From Myxococcota bacterium (lineage in GTDB: Bacteria > Myxococcota_A > SURF-8): a stretch of 64,000 nucleotides of DNA. This document shows, one piece after another, positions 1 to 10,800 of this stretch (its first letter is position 1; the number at the start of each line of letters is the position of its first letter). The position numbers and the translations under genes are program-made. The stretch covers positions 5,911,758 through 5,975,757 of the forward strand of contig OZ223209.1 of NCBI GenBank assembly GCA_965140415.1, in the 5' to 3' direction. The notes beneath the pieces were generated by a model. The model searched no databases, had not been told where the DNA came from, and saw only the letters and a list, made by a program, of their open reading frames with translations.

Positions 1-201
1 AGGTTGTGAATCGACTGTCCATGCCGGTTTCCGTGTGAAATCCGTCGCAACCGGAAAGGCGGTTGCCGAGCCGGAAAGGTGATTGTTCGGAAAACCTACA
101 ACACTGACACCGTGACTAAATTCTGATGACACGATACATCAAAATCATGATCGGCGCAAGCGTCTCCCCCTTTTTCATCATTTTATAGAGTAGAATGAAC
201 G

Positions 202-244
202 AAAAATAGCCATGGCGCTCCACACGGAGAAAACGCCATGGCTA
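202..244 (-). terminator. Probable intrinsic terminator of the slyD-like gene
   Basis: Inverted repeat tagccatggcg...cgccatggcta preceded on + by aaaaaa (U-tract on minus), about 40 nt past the stop codon. Confidence 0.7.
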
Positions 245-281
245 CAGGATATTACGGAAAAGTCGGATTACGCCAATCGCT

Positions 282-779
282 TTAGTTGCTCTTTTCGGGG
301 CTGTCCGTTCCCATCAGCGGAGCGGCGGCGTTCATCAACTCGTCTTCGGTGGCCGGACGCACTTCACGCACGGTAATTTCATATTGAAGGGCCTGACCTG
401 CCAGGGGATGATTCGCATCCAGTACCACTTCTTCAGAGGTGATATCGTGCACCGTCAGTTTGATCTGCTCTCCCCGATCGTTGACGGCGTCGAAGGTCGA
501 ACCCACGCTCAGTGGAACTTCTTCGGGAATTTCCATGCGCGGAACCGTTACCACCAAGCCTTCATCGCGTTGGCCATAGGCTTCTTCGGCAATCAGGCTT
601 ACATCGAATTTGTCGCCAGCCTCATGATTTTTCATGCGTTTTTCAAGTCCCGGAATCAGCATCTGATAACCGAAAATGAAAGAAGGGGGATTATCCACCC
701 GCGAGGCTTCGATCAGCTCTCCCTCTTCGTTGCGAAGTACGTACTCGAATACTACAAAACTGTTCCGGTCGATTTTCAT
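282..779 (-). CDS. slyD: FKBP-type peptidyl-prolyl isomerase, SlyD family (no His-rich tail)
   Basis: Motifs LIPGLEK, AEEAYG, LDANHPLAGQALQYEI. Confidence 0.9.
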   Translation of the reverse strand: MKIDRNSFVVFEYVLRNEEGELIEASRVDNPPSFIFGYQMLIPGLEKRMKNHEAGDKFDVSLIAEEAYGQRDEGLVVTVPRMEIPEEVPLSVGSTFDAVNDRGEQIKLTVHDITSEEVVLDANHPLAGQALQYEITVREVRPATEDELMNAAAPLMGTDSPEKSN

Positions 780-1139
780 GGCCTCGCTCCCTTGAATTAG
801 TTCAGACCGGAATTTTATGCGAGTTATCTTTCGCCGACCGGTCTATTCTGAAACACGCCTCACCCATACCGCATCCCTTTGGCTAGTGCAACGCTTTTTT
901 CCACTTCTTTCCCATTCCGTAAAGTTTCTTACAATCGTGTCCATTCCTCTTGCTTTCTAAGCATGGACAGGTAGAATCAAAACAGGTTCGGGAAGTAATG
1001 GATTCGGAAGGGGAAAGCGAGCCGAATGAAAGACAACAGTCGGCAACTCGGCTTTTTGGCCAATTAGGGACGAAGTCATTTTCCCTTGTTAAACAGGTAA
1101 TGTTAAGCAGCCTTTTCATTGTAGACAAATGGGGATTGC

Positions 1140-3905
1140 ATGGCTCGCGTACTGGTGGTAGACGATGAAAAAGGAATGCGGTTTACGCTAAACGAATTTC
1201 TGACTCAGCAAAACCACGTCGTGTACGCTGCCCGAGAGGGCAACGAAGCACTTGAATTAGCCAGGGAGATCGAACTGGATGTCGCCCTGGTGGATATCAT
1301 TCTGCCCGGTATGGACGGGGTGGAACTGCTGGGCGAATTGAAAAAGCTGCAAGAGGATCTGCAAATTATCCTGATGTCCGGTGAACCGACTGTCGATACC
1401 GCCATTCGTGCCATGCGCGCCGGGGCTTTCGATTTTCTTTCCAAACCCGTCCCTCTAAACGCCATCCAGCGCATCGTCGGTCAGGCCATGCAGGTCAAAA
1501 GCCTGAAAGATGAAAACAAGCGGCTGTGGCGGGAAAACGAGCGGCATCGGGAAAACCTGGAAGAAATGATTCGGGAGCGTACGCAGCAGCTTCGGGATTC
1601 CGAGCAGCGCTTCCGTCAGTTTTTCGAAGCCGGACTGGAAGGTCTGCTTTTCCACGATCAGGGACGTATTCTGGATGCCAACAGCTCCTTGCTGAACATG
1701 TTCGGATACGAGGCGACTCCGGGAATCGTCGGCACAGGTGTGCTAAACCTGCTTGCTGGTGAAACCGACACGGAAGTCCTGAAGCAGATCGACGCCGAAT
1801 TAAAGGAGCCAACCGGAAAAATACTGGAAGCACTGGGTCAACAGCGGGAAGGGCGGCAGTTCAACATCGAAATCTCTTCCCATCCGTTTCCGACCAAAGA
1901 CGATGTGACCGGCGTTGTCGTCGTGCGCGACATCACCCTTCGCAAAACCGCTCAACACGCACTGGGCGAAAGCGAACAAAAACTGGATCTGATCACGCGC
2001 AACATGAACGACATGGTCAGCCTGGCAGACAACAACCTTCGTTTCGTTTACGTCAGTCCCTCCCACACGCTGCACCTGGGGTATGCAGAGGAAGAACTGC
2101 TGGGCAAGTCGGTCTTCGAGTACCTGTGCCCGGAAGATCTGGAAACGGTTACCGACAAACTGACCGAAAGCATGTTGACCAACGAAGCACGTCATGCCGA
2201 CTACCGCTTTCGCCATAAAGACGGACATCTGGTCTGGATACGCACTTCCGGCGGTTTCATTCAGGATGAAAGCGGTCGACGCGTGGGAGCCGTGTTCAGT
2301 TCCCAGGATATCACCGAATACCGGCGTACCGAAATGGCCTTACGACAGAGCGAGGAACGCTATCGCACTATCACCGAAACATCCAAAGATATCATCTGGT
2401 ATTACGATCTGGCGAAAAGACACTTCAGTTTCACTTCTAAAGCCGTAACGGACCTGCTTGGATATTCGCTCGAAGAGGTTGAAGGATATACACTGGTGGA
2501 TATCCTTACTCATGATTCCGCCAAAATGGCGACAGCCGCTTTAAACGATTTGATCGCCGACAATTCCCCTGAAAAACAGGTGCTAATTCAAGCTGAACAC
2601 ATACATAAAGATGGTCATCTCGTCTGGTTGGAGGTCAGTGGTTCGCTTATTTTAGATGAGCAGGACCAGCCGATTGCCGTGGCGGGCATCTCGCGCGATA
2701 TCACAGAACGGCGCGAGAAAGAAAGATTGAAGAACCGGCTTCGCGAAACCCAGAAAATGGAAGCCTTGGCCAGATTGGCCGACGGCGTTGCCTATGACTT
2801 CTCCGGTCTGCTGGGCGCCATCGACGAGCGCCTGCAACGGTTGTTACTGGACCGACCGGACGATGCGGAATTGAAACAGACCGTGCAGGGGATACTTGAT
2901 CTCACGCAACGGGGCGGCGATCTGACCCATCGCCTGTTGACGATCAGCCGCAAACAGCGAATCGAAATGCAGCCGGTATCCGTCAATTCCATGCTGGACG
3001 ATCTGACCGGGGTCGTCTGCCAGGTGCTGGGCGAAAAGATCCAGCTTCAACAAACACTGGCGGAAGATCTGGCGACCATTTCGGCAGATCCCGCTCAATT
3101 GGAACAGGTGATTCTAACTCTTGCTTTGCGCGCCCGTGCAGATATGGAAGAGGGCGGACGCTTCTTCATCCAGACCACCCAGGTTTTCCTGGAAGAAAAT
3201 GTCAACTGGGAAAATCCGGCGATGAAATCGGGTGACTACGTTACGATCGTGCTTTCCGATACCGGACGCGGCTTGGATGACGAACAGAAAACGCACGTTT
3301 TCGAACCTTTCTTCGAGCAGTCACCCGAAACAGGACAAACGGGGTTGGGGCTGGCCATGGTCTATGGAATCGTTCGGCAGCACGGCGGAATGATTCACGT
3401 GTATTCCGAGCCGGATAAAGGCACGACCTTCCGCCTGTATTTTCCAACGGTTTCCGCAAACGAGCAGGGCATTCAGCAAAACGAAAAGCAACTGCCGCTT
3501 CCCACCGGCAAGGAAACCATTCTACTGGTCGAGGATGACAGCTCCTTGCGTGAACTGATGAAACAAACATTGCAGGGATTGGGTTATACCGTCATCGAAA
3601 GCTCTTCCGCCGAGCAAGCCTTGCAAAAAAGCGAAGAAGCCGCTTTGGCAATCGACCTGATGGTGACCGATCTCGTGCTTCCCGGCCTTGACGGTCAGGG
3701 TCTGACCCGGGAAATGCTCTTGCGTCGCCCGAACCTTGCCGTACTGCTCATTTCCGGCTACAGTCAGGAACTGGTGCTGTATCACGGCATGCTCACCCAA
3801 CGCACACAGTTCCTTTCCAAGCCTTTCAGTCCGCGCACACTTGCCTTTAAAATCCGCCAGATTCTGGATGACGGCAATGACGTGGCGGAAGAGCGGCTCA
3901 GCTAG
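1140..3905 (+). CDS. Hybrid sensor protein REC-PAS-PAS-PAS-HisKA-HATPase-REC with degenerate kinase core
   Basis: N- and C-terminal REC domains (VVDD..D..PGMDG..KP; VEDD..TD..PGLDG..KPF), three PAS/PAC units ending RDIT/QDIT/RDIT, H-box LADGVAYDF, G-boxes SDTGRG and TGLGL. Confidence 0.9.
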   Translation: MARVLVVDDEKGMRFTLNEFLTQQNHVVYAAREGNEALELAREIELDVALVDIILPGMDGVELLGELKKLQEDLQIILMSGEPTVDTAIRAMRAGAFDFLSKPVPLNAIQRIVGQAMQVKSLKDENKRLWRENERHRENLEEMIRERTQQLRDSEQRFRQFFEAGLEGLLFHDQGRILDANSSLLNMFGYEATPGIVGTGVLNLLAGETDTEVLKQIDAELKEPTGKILEALGQQREGRQFNIEISSHPFPTKDDVTGVVVVRDITLRKTAQHALGESEQKLDLITRNMNDMVSLADNNLRFVYVSPSHTLHLGYAEEELLGKSVFEYLCPEDLETVTDKLTESMLTNEARHADYRFRHKDGHLVWIRTSGGFIQDESGRRVGAVFSSQDITEYRRTEMALRQSEERYRTITETSKDIIWYYDLAKRHFSFTSKAVTDLLGYSLEEVEGYTLVDILTHDSAKMATAALNDLIADNSPEKQVLIQAEHIHKDGHLVWLEVSGSLILDEQDQPIAVAGISRDITERREKERLKNRLRETQKMEALARLADGVAYDFSGLLGAIDERLQRLLLDRPDDAELKQTVQGILDLTQRGGDLTHRLLTISRKQRIEMQPVSVNSMLDDLTGVVCQVLGEKIQLQQTLAEDLATISADPAQLEQVILTLALRARADMEEGGRFFIQTTQVFLEENVNWENPAMKSGDYVTIVLSDTGRGLDDEQKTHVFEPFFEQSPETGQTGLGLAMVYGIVRQHGGMIHVYSEPDKGTTFRLYFPTVSANEQGIQQNEKQLPLPTGKETILLVEDDSSLRELMKQTLQGLGYTVIESSSAEQALQKSEEAALAIDLMVTDLVLPGLDGQGLTREMLLRRPNLAVLLISGYSQELVLYHGMLTQRTQFLSKPFSPRTLAFKIRQILDDGNDVAEERLS

Positions 3906-4161
3906 CGGTCATCTAAACACCAGCTTCATCCTCACTGTGATACTGAATTCGATCCTATATCTCATCGATTCCGTTAGAGATTCCGTATCACGTATGGAAT
4001 AACATCCACATTTCAAATGTTATTGAGATGGGTTGTTGAGGTAGCTCTGCCGCTGGCAATATGGTATCTTATTAGAACGACTTGCAGTCGCAATACGGGT
4101 TGAATCAGATCGTAACCGGTCCTCCATCGGAAGGCCCATCGAGTGGGACAGGAGTCTATTC

Positions 4162-7100
4162 TTGCATGTGACACAGAAAAGCCATGACTGGCTGAACCGT
4201 TGTATCCGGGTTTGTCTTTGTTTGTTGATTCTGTTGCCGGTGCCTGCACTGGCGCAAACCTACGAGCAACGGTTTTCGAAATTGCAGCACCAGATCGAAC
4301 GTGCGCCTCAACGACCCCAGGCCGTTTTGGAACTGGATCAACTGGTCGATCTGGCCAACAACGTCGAGAATCCGGAGCGTATCTACCAACTTGCCCGAAA
4401 GATTCTGGCGAACAAGCGCAGCAGTTTACAGCTTCGCCTGGATGCCCGCTGGCAACTTTGGGAAGAAGCCTGGCGCAGTGGCGATACCGAAACGATTGAA
4501 CGGGCGCTTGCTCAACTGGGGCAGATCACGCGCTGGAAGGTCATCGGCCCCTTCGACAACGAAGGCGGCAACGGTTTCGACACCGAATATCCGCCCGAAA
4601 AGGAATACGACCCGGAAGCCCTGTATCCGGGCAAAGTGCGCGATGTCGGCTGGCGGAATTTTCCCGCAATTTCGCAACTGGAAGGCTACCAGAACTTCCG
4701 TGTGATTTTTACGCCCGAGTCCAACAGCACCGCCTATGCCATGGCGCGTGTGTACGCAGCTAAAACGCAGAAAGCGCTATTGGTTCTGGCCGCCGGAGGT
4801 TCGCTCAAACTCTGGCATAATGGAGAACAAGTCGCCGCCTGGTCGGAAGAGCGACCCGCCCGGCGCATTCAAACGGTGGTTCCTATTACCCTGAAACGTG
4901 GCATCAACACCCTGCTCGTCAAAGTCAATGGACGCGAAGGCGACTGGGGTTTCCGTGTGGGATTGTTGAACGCAAAAGGGCAAGCGTTACCGAAGCTTCC
5001 CGGACTGACGCCCGGTGAGACATCCGACCGGCGTGCGCCTTTCCCCGCCGACAAACAGACGTTGCGCCTGCGCAACACCCGCCCGAATAAGGAACTTCCT
5101 TTGGCCGTGCAACGGTTAAAGCGAGCATTTAAAAAGCATCCCGATGTCAAGGGCGCGTTATCCATCAGCCAACTACACGAGCGGCGGCGCGCATTCGAAC
5201 CGGAAAAGAAGCTGCACGAAGAATGGGCCGAGAAGGCCTTGGAACTGGATGGCAGCAATGCCGAAGCGCTTTTGTGGTGCGCAAACGTGTTCGGCAATCA
5301 CAACCGACGCTACGCCTGCCTGTCGCAGGGGCGCAGCCTGTATCCCAAAGATGGCCGCTTCTCCTTGGCGTTGGCCAGCTTCCTGCAAAAAGAAGGTCAG
5401 GATCTGCAAGCCGGAAATCTGCTGACTACCATAAGCGACGATCCCTGGGTGGATATCGAAGCCGTGGAAAAGCGGATCGAAATGTACAACGAACACAGTC
5501 AACCCGCCCTGGCGCTGCAACTCGCACGGGAACTGCGAAAACGCTATCCGCAGGTGCGGCAAAGCGCCATCATTCTGGCCAAGCAACTGGAACGCATGAA
5601 CCTGGATGACGAATCCCTGCCGATACGCATGAGCCTTGCCAATAGCAATAAAGGTGCTCTTGCCACTCTGCACTGGATCTACTCGTATCATTACCGACGC
5701 CGCGATCTGGACACCGCGCAGCAATGGCTGCAAAAGATGATCGAACTGGACCCGGCGCAGATCATGAACCGGGTGCGGCTGTCCCGCCTGTATCAGGCGC
5801 AGGAAAAATTCGACGAAGCACGCAACTGCCTGCAACAGGCGCTCGACATCTCGCCGGAAGACACCACACTGATCGATCGGTTGGCGGAGTTGGAACATCG
5901 CATGGGGCGCAGCGATCTGGCCATGGAACTGTGGCGGCGTTCGCTGGAAATCATGCCGCAAAATCCCACGTTGAAGGAATATCTGCGTTTGTTGGAGCCG
6001 CAGACCGCCAGCTTCGAAAATGCCTATCGTCGCGAACTGGAAGCTTTGGTGCAAGCGTACCCAGCCGATGTCGACAGCGAGGAAATGGCCGAAGAACTGT
6101 TGGAACTGAAAGTGTTCAAGGTCTTCGCCAACGGCCTGTCCAGCCATTTCCACCAGCAGGTGGTGCGCGTCTACACGCAGGGCGGCATCGACCGCTACCG
6201 CCGTTTCTACGTTCGCTATTCGCCGGATCGGCAGGAAGTGCGTATTTTAAAGGCGCGGGTGCTGCGCCCGGACGGGGAGATCGTCGAGCGTTACGACGAG
6301 GATGACCGCAGCGTCAACCGCTCCTACAAACTGTACCACGACTACCGGGTGCACGTGGTCGATTTCCCGGATCTGCAACCGGGCGATGTGGTGGAGTTGC
6401 AATACCGGCTGGACGACATCGCCGCTGACAACCTGTTCTCCGACTATTTCGGTAATTTAAGCATGATGCAGGGCGCGGTGCCGATTCGGGACATGCAACT
6501 CGTCTACCTGATTCCCAAGGAAAAACCCTTATACTACAACCACCCTGCTCTGAAACCCGAGCCGCAGATTCAGCAACTCGATGGCCTGATCGAATACAAC
6601 TGGCACGTAACCGACATTCCCAAAATTCGCTACGAGGCTGCCAGCCCGCCGCAGGTGGAAATCGCCGATTATCTGCACGTCAGCACCTTTAAAGACATCG
6701 ACGCGTTGGGCAACTGGTACTGGGGGCTGATCAAAGAGCAGTTCGTGCCCAAAGAAGCCTTAAAGAAAAAGGCGCGGGAAATCACGGCGGACTTGAGCGA
6801 TCCGCTGGAGAAGATCAAGGCGATTTACGCCTGGGTGGTGCAGAACACCCGCTACGTTGGGTTGGAATTCGGTATCCACAGTTTCAAACCCTACCAGGTC
6901 AACCAGATTTACGAACGCAAGTTCGGCGACTGTAAGGACAAGGCCACCCTGATGATCACCCTGCTGCGCGAAGCGGGCATCCGTGCCTGGATGACGATTA
7001 TCCGTACCAGCAATCTGGGGCAGATCGCCACCTATCCGCCGTCATTGGCCATGTTCAACCATGCCATCGTTTACCTGCCCGACTACGACCTATACCTCGA

Positions 7101-7857
7101 CGGCACCGCCGAATTCTCCGGTCCCTTCGAGTTGCCCTATCAGGATCGCGGCGGACAGGTGATGTTACTGGGCGAGGAGAAAACCCTCTTCACCCAGGTT
7201 CCCGCCGAAGATCCGGCAGCCAATCTGTTCAGGCAATATATGACGATCACTCTGGGAGATGACAACTCGGCGACCTTGACCAACCGGGTAAAGGTTTCCG
7301 GTTCCCGCGCCAGCTTGTTCCGCTCCCATTTCCAGGATGTCAAGCGCCGCAAGGAGTTTTTGGAAAAGCTGATCAACCAGGATATTCCCGGTGCCAAGCT
7401 GCAAAACTTCCAGTTCGACTCCATCGGCGACTTGATGCAGCCGGTGAGTTTCAATTATGAAGCGCTATTGCCCGATTACCTTCGCAAGGAAGGCGACGGC
7501 TACGCCATTGCGGCGCATCTGGACCGGGTGGATCTGGTCAAGCAGTTCGCTTCGCTGTCCAAGCGCGAACAACCGGTAATGATCGACCGCCTGCAAACAC
7601 TGGAAACCACGAACGAATGGCAACTGGGTTCCCGCTTTATCGTAACGGAACTGCCCGAAGCGGTGAACATCGAAAACGAGTTGGGCGCTTTCTCCATGAC
7701 CTTCGAACAACAGGGCGACATGCTTCGCGCCCAGGTAAAGCTGGTATTCAAGAAAAACCGGATTCCGCAGCAACGCTACGAAGAATTCCGCGCCTTTTGT
7801 CAGGAAGTGACGCAGGCGTATCGCCAGGAGATCAAATTACGTGATGCGAACGACTAA
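4162..7857 (+). CDS. Exported TPR + DUF3857 + transglutaminase-like protein with intact Cys-His-Asp triad
   Basis: Signal peptide (LLILLPVPALA), TPR repeats, PDLQPGDVVE DUF3857 motif, RYVGLEFG, GDCKDKA...FNHAI...YLDGT. Confidence 0.85.
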   Translation: MHVTQKSHDWLNRCIRVCLCLLILLPVPALAQTYEQRFSKLQHQIERAPQRPQAVLELDQLVDLANNVENPERIYQLARKILANKRSSLQLRLDARWQLWEEAWRSGDTETIERALAQLGQITRWKVIGPFDNEGGNGFDTEYPPEKEYDPEALYPGKVRDVGWRNFPAISQLEGYQNFRVIFTPESNSTAYAMARVYAAKTQKALLVLAAGGSLKLWHNGEQVAAWSEERPARRIQTVVPITLKRGINTLLVKVNGREGDWGFRVGLLNAKGQALPKLPGLTPGETSDRRAPFPADKQTLRLRNTRPNKELPLAVQRLKRAFKKHPDVKGALSISQLHERRRAFEPEKKLHEEWAEKALELDGSNAEALLWCANVFGNHNRRYACLSQGRSLYPKDGRFSLALASFLQKEGQDLQAGNLLTTISDDPWVDIEAVEKRIEMYNEHSQPALALQLARELRKRYPQVRQSAIILAKQLERMNLDDESLPIRMSLANSNKGALATLHWIYSYHYRRRDLDTAQQWLQKMIELDPAQIMNRVRLSRLYQAQEKFDEARNCLQQALDISPEDTTLIDRLAELEHRMGRSDLAMELWRRSLEIMPQNPTLKEYLRLLEPQTASFENAYRRELEALVQAYPADVDSEEMAEELLELKVFKVFANGLSSHFHQQVVRVYTQGGIDRYRRFYVRYSPDRQEVRILKARVLRPDGEIVERYDEDDRSVNRSYKLYHDYRVHVVDFPDLQPGDVVELQYRLDDIAADNLFSDYFGNLSMMQGAVPIRDMQLVYLIPKEKPLYYNHPALKPEPQIQQLDGLIEYNWHVTDIPKIRYEAASPPQVEIADYLHVSTFKDIDALGNWYWGLIKEQFVPKEALKKKAREITADLSDPLEKIKAIYAWVVQNTRYVGLEFGIHSFKPYQVNQIYERKFGDCKDKATLMITLLREAGIRAWMTIIRTSNLGQIATYPPSLAMFNHAIVYLPDYDLYLDGTAEFSGPFELPYQDRGGQVMLLGEEKTLFTQVPAEDPAANLFRQYMTITLGDDNSATLTNRVKVSGSRASLFRSHFQDVKRRKEFLEKLINQDIPGAKLQNFQFDSIGDLMQPVSFNYEALLPDYLRKEGDGYAIAAHLDRVDLVKQFASLSKREQPVMIDRLQTLETTNEWQLGSRFIVTELPEAVNIENELGAFSMTFEQQGDMLRAQVKLVFKKNRIPQQRYEEFRAFCQEVTQAYRQEIKLRDAND

Positions 7858-10800
7858 TCACATTCTATACATCGCCGTATTTGTCGGCTTGCTTTTCATC
7901 AACGGCTGCGCGTCGTTTTCGGCGGCGCTGTACAACCAGCCTCCCGATGCACCCGGCGTGCAGCAGAGACTGCAAGAATTGGAAAACCGGGCAGTGCAGC
8001 GGGGTGACGCCGATCTGTTACTGGAAGCGGGTTGGGCTGCATGGACGTTGAATAACGACGCGGAGCGCGCACAATCCTTGTGGAAAAAAGCCGAGGCGCT
8101 TTCCCCGAAGAGGGCCGAGATCCCCATGGCGCTGGCTCAGACCTATTATTTCGGAGGCCATTTCCAATTGGCGCAGCAGGCCTGCCTACGGGTGCTGGCA
8201 CAGCAGCCGGGTGGCATTTATGCACGGCTGGCGGCGGCGCGGTTGGCTTCGCTGTACGACGAAACACCGGATTTCCCCAAACAGGTACGCCCGGTTCTCG
8301 AATCCCTACTGGACGACGAGCGCCTGGAGCGCGAAACGCGCCTGTCGATCACGAATACCCTGCGGCTCATCTACCGCGAACAGAACCTGCCGGAGTTGGA
8401 AAAGGCGATGCGCCAGCGGCAGGGCAAGATCACGCGCTGGCAGTTTGTCGGCCCTTTCGGCACCGTCGGTCTGATCGACTTCGATCGGTCTTATAAGCCG
8501 GAAACGGATGCGCTACAGGCGCAGTACGACACTCCCAATGGTGCGGTGCAGGCGGTAGCGGTCGATCTGGAAAAGCAGGATGTATCCTTTTCCGATCTGA
8601 GCGAGTTCGGCGGCGTCTTTTATGCTGCCGGGGCGATTGAGTTGCAACAGGATCGAAACGTCGTGCTGCGGCTGAAAACGAAAGAACTGGCGCAGTTGTT
8701 TATAGACGGTCGTCCGGTGTTGACGGTGGACCCGCGCACGCGCCATCTGCCGATGTTGCACCCTGTCCAAGTACAACTCGCTGCCGGACGCCATCGCCTG
8801 CTGGTGAAACTGGGCGAGAGCAATTCGCGACTTAACTTCACCTTAAACATCGTCGGTGAAAACGGGGAGCCGGTTGCGTTTACGCAGTTCAATGAACTTT
8901 CCGAGTACAACCGGCCTGCGGCTTCCAGCCGTAACGCCACGTTCGTTTCAAACGTTGCAGATATTTTTTACGAACGCGCTGAGCGGCGCGGTGATCTGCT
9001 AAGTCTTTACTACGCCAATCTCGCCAATCAGATCGACGAGCATCATGCACGCCTCGTGAACCTGCGCGAACGCGCCTTGGCCATCAATCCGAACTTTGCG
9101 CCTTTGTACGTTCTGGAAGCCCTGCGCGTCACGCGCGATCCCTCGCTTCCGGGCGGCGTGGCCCAGGATCGGGCACGGGCGGCGCTACGACATGCACTGG
9201 AATTGGACGAGCGGCAGGCGATTGCTTTGCAGGTATTGGCGCAGGACGCCGTAGAGCGCGACCGCAGTGAAGAAGCGATTGCAATGTTCAAGCAGCTGGA
9301 ACGACTGACGCCGGAGGCCTACAACGCTCCGTATGCCTTGTATTCGCTCTATGAATCCAAGGGCTGGAGAAAAGAAGCCGAACAGGCTAAAGAACGAGCG
9401 TTGCTCAAAAACGGACGCAATTTGCAACTATTAAAAAGCGCGTTCCGCACCGCTCGCAATAACAGCGAATTCAAACGCGCCGACGAGCTTTCCCTGCGCA
9501 TCGATGCCCTCGACGGCACCGGCCATACCCGCCTGAACTGGCTGCAAAGTCAGGGGAAATACATGGAAGTGGAAAAGCTGTTGCGAACGTTTATCGAGCG
9601 GGAACCTTACAAGGTCGGACATCGTACCCGGCTGGCGGATACTTTACTGCAAGCGGGAAAATTCGCTGAAGCCATCGAAGTCTATCGGGAGTTGGCAACC
9701 TGGCCGGGACATCAAGCGCGTTATGCACGCTCTCTGGCGCAGGCGTATCGTTTGAACGGTCAAGCGGAACTGGCCGAACAGACTTTGCAACAGGCGCTGG
9801 AACTGGAGCCGGGCGATTTTACCCTGCGTGACATGATGACCTGGGATGAAGGCTCGGAAATTCTGGGCGAATACGTCACGAAGACCGAACCATTGTTGCA
9901 GAGTTTCAAAGAGCAGACCTACAAACCGGAAGCAGGCGTTGTGCTGGTATTGGATGAATACATCCAAAAGGTGCTGCCCGATGCCTCCTCGGTCACGCGC
10001 ACACATACCATTACCCGCGTACAGACCAAAGACGCCATTTCCCGTTTCGGCGAAGTCAGGCTGCCTTCCTCCGCCACGGTGTATCGCCTGCGCGTGATCA
10101 AGCCGGACGGTCGCGAACTGCTGCCTGAACGCATCGGCGGAAAACGTTCGGTCACCCTGCCTGATATCGAAGTCGGAGACTTTATCGAAATGGACTATGT
10201 CCAGGGACAGGATCTGGCACGCAGCATCAACGGCGGACGCACCCTCAGTTCCTCGTTCCTCTTTCAGAATACGCACATTCCCACCTTCCGCTCGCGCTTC
10301 ACGGTCATTCATCCGGAAGAGATGGCCATGAATCTGCAACCGTTGAATTACAACCTGAACGCTCCGACGATCGAGCGCGAAAACGGCTGGGTTATGACCC
10401 GTTACGACAACGAGAAAATCGACGCGCTTACGCCGGAACCGTTTATGCCGGTACAACTGGAAGTCATTCCCATGGTGCGGATGACCCGCCCCTTGCAATG
10501 GACGGAAGTGCGCGACCTGCTGCGCCAGCGCCTGCTTGGTAAAACCATCGTCGCTCCCGAAATCGAAGCCTTTTATCGCGAGCACGTTCAGCAAGGCGAA
10601 TCGGAACGAGAGACAGCGGAACGTCTGTTCTACGCGGTTACGGAGGCTATCGAAGGCGAGGACAACGACTCCTCCTTCCGTTTTTCGGCCAGCAACATCC
10701 TGGCCCAGAAAGAGGGTAACCGGCTGATTCTACTGCAAGCGCTGCTATCGCTGCACGGTCTGCAAAGCGAGTTTCTGCTGGCCAAGCCGCAGAACATTAA

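Noticed and set aside
1-130. Riboswitch or sRNA (ccggaaagg twice, gcaaccg/cggttgc hairpin)
   Set aside because: No match to a motif I know, and context is cut off by the window edge
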